The notes under the pieces are model-generated. The model saw only the letters and a program-made list of their open reading frames with translations. It was not told the origin of the DNA and made no database searches. Position numbers and translations under genes: made by a program. A stretch of DNA of 55,559 bases. Source: Candidatus Alectryocaccomicrobium excrementavium. Lineage in GTDB: Bacteria; Bacillota; Clostridia; Christensenellales; Aristaeellaceae. Each line of letters opens with the position of its first letter. The stretch's first letter is position 1. Shown here piece by piece: positions 55,344 to 55,559 of the stretch. Where the stretch lies: assembly GCA_018716755.1 (NCBI GenBank), contig DVJN01000222.1, forward strand, positions 1 through 55,559, given 5' to 3'.

Positions 55344-55559
55344 GCGGACAATACACGCTCCTTTACGCAAAAACTGCTTTCAGTATAGCGAAAACACCGC
55401 CTGCTGTCAAGCACAATCCCGGGGAAAACACGGAAATCAATTTTGAGCAAGCACCCGAAGAATCATATTTGAATCCAGCAAGCAATCAAACATAAGTTTG
55501 GATAGTGGCCGTTTAGAAGCGGTTCTGGATTTATACTGCTTGATCATTCCCAGGGCGAA

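Overview
This is a high-GC bacterial chromosomal segment, about 53-72% GC in the few 60-nt lines I counted by hand. The expression signals look Gram-positive or Clostridia-like: AGGAGG-type Shine-Dalgarno sites, many TTGACA-N17-TATAAT promoters, a HelD-type helicase and an LplABC-type sugar ABC importer. The taxonomic guess is inference only.

I can support about 42 protein-coding genes, one of them (rmuC) cut by the left edge. I also support one frameshifted MATE-transporter remnant, one cobalamin riboswitch, and a set of promoters and intrinsic terminators. I saw no rRNA, tRNA, CRISPR array or intact mobile element.

Gene content by region:
- 1-5.3 kb: a translationally coupled helD / flavoprotein / flavoprotein / rmuC operon.
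- 5.7-19.7 kb: a sugar-utilisation locus with a URO-D-like protein, an ABC importer, a membrane AraC regulator, an 831-aa unknown enzyme, a HAD phosphatase, NagA and a ROK-like kinase.
- 20-24.7 kb: a MATE exporter, then a lower-GC block with a NusG paralog plus UDP-glucuronate epimerase and UDP-glucose dehydrogenase.
- 24.7-30.2 kb: an AraC regulator, an arabinose-isomerase-like protein and a 1003-aa glycosidase.
- 30.3-35.1 kb: an orphan CsoR, a B12-riboswitch-controlled BtuFCD-like importer and an orphan radical SAM protein.
- 35.2-39.4 kb: MsmK, AraD, a YfbR-like HD protein and UxaC.
- 39.4-42.6 kb: a 1063-codon (1062-aa) fusion of an EndoQ-like PHP nuclease to a UvrD helicase.
- 42.7-49.5 kb: two two-component systems flanking an ABC exporter.
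- 49.7-55.3 kb: a small membrane protein, an FGGY kinase, a sigma-like protein with a C-terminal membrane helix, GuaB and a CNNM/hemolysin-family protein.

The most interesting candidate for undescribed biology is the EndoQ-like nuclease / SF1 helicase fusion. Next come the NusG-paralog cassette with its terminator and promoter, the membrane-tethered sigma-like protein, the orphan radical SAM protein, and the two large uncharacterised cytoplasmic enzymes in the sugar loci.

The many very long ORFs in the track that lie antisense to recognisable genes are treated as high-GC shadow ORFs. All homology statements come from motif recognition by eye, since no searches could be run.
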